Below the pieces are notes generated by a model, which saw nothing but the letters and a program-made list of their open reading frames with translations, was not told the DNA's origin and searched no databases. Of a DNA stretch of 43,634 bases, positions 43,506-43,634 are shown piece after piece (the first letter of the stretch is position 1; the number at the start of each line of letters is the position of its first letter). Position numbers and translations under genes: made by a program. Source of the stretch: Candidatus Rokuibacteriota bacterium (GTDB lineage Bacteria; JAUVQV01; DATDCY01); NCBI GenBank assembly GCA_031406795.1, contig JANOHV010000274.1, positions 1 through 43,634 of the forward strand, in the 5' to 3' direction.

Positions 43506-43634
43506 GTGTCAGCAGCCCTGCCGCGCAAGCGAAAGCTCGGGGAACTCCTGGTGAACGAAGGCCTGCTCACCCCCGAAAAGCTCGCCGAAGCCCTCCAGGA
43601 GCAGGAGCGCAGCGGCGATCGCCTCGGCCGGGTG
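43506..43634 (+). CDS. 5' end of a MshEN-motif protein (PilB/GspE-type ATPase likely); not in ORF track
   Basis: MSAALPRKRKLGELLVNEGLLTPEKLAEALQEQERSGDRLGRV fits RLGxxLxxxGxxxxxxLxxxLxxQ (first R is K), with a second RLG starting. Confidence 0.75.
   Translation, partial: MSAALPRKRKLGELLVNEGLLTPEKLAEALQEQERSGDRLGRV

Overview
GC-rich bacterial chromosome; gene content (multiheme cytochrome c, DUF3365 kinase, the ffh-rpsP-khpA-rimM-trmD-SPOUT MTase-rplS-rnhB order) resembles delta-proteobacteria-like anaerobes, but taxonomy cannot be fixed from this window. Bases 1-~8547 are one end of a temperate prophage. It contains a leftward early operon (Ner/Cro-like, HNH-RHH fusion, Xis-like HTH, CII-like, Dam-like methyltransferase with an internal 42-bp repeat, RecT, PD-(D/E)XK nuclease, coiled-coil protein), a readable genetic switch (TTGACT-N17-TATATT promoter, TTCGG-N5-CCGAA operators) and a rightward immunity unit (CI with S24 peptidase, Cys-rich lipoprotein, membrane Zn-ribbon protein). 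It ends at a 27-bp tRNA(Asp-like) 3' fragment that marks the att site. The rest is host backbone: mltA, Hsp20, a solo PAS protein, a ~10-heme cytochrome, aguA/aguB, two tandem Kup transporters, rnhB-rplS-trmD-rimM-khpA-rpsP-ffh, a ~680-aa orphan, an RNase Z-like protein, pcnB, an MBL hydrolase, ogt, rpsT, rsmI, a secreted P-domain/FG-GAP protein, a CDC48-like AAA protein with its catalytic motifs substituted, a heme-sensor kinase, a two-subunit pyruvate-carboxylase-like enzyme, a Zn-ADH, an LsrF-like protein and the start of a MshEN/PilB-type gene. Two interspersed repeat families (GTAG-type REPs and a ~120-200-bp TIR element) recur and nest in each other; one TIR copy reads in frame into aguA. 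Many genes appear leaderless. All calls are from motif recognition by eye; no searches were run.
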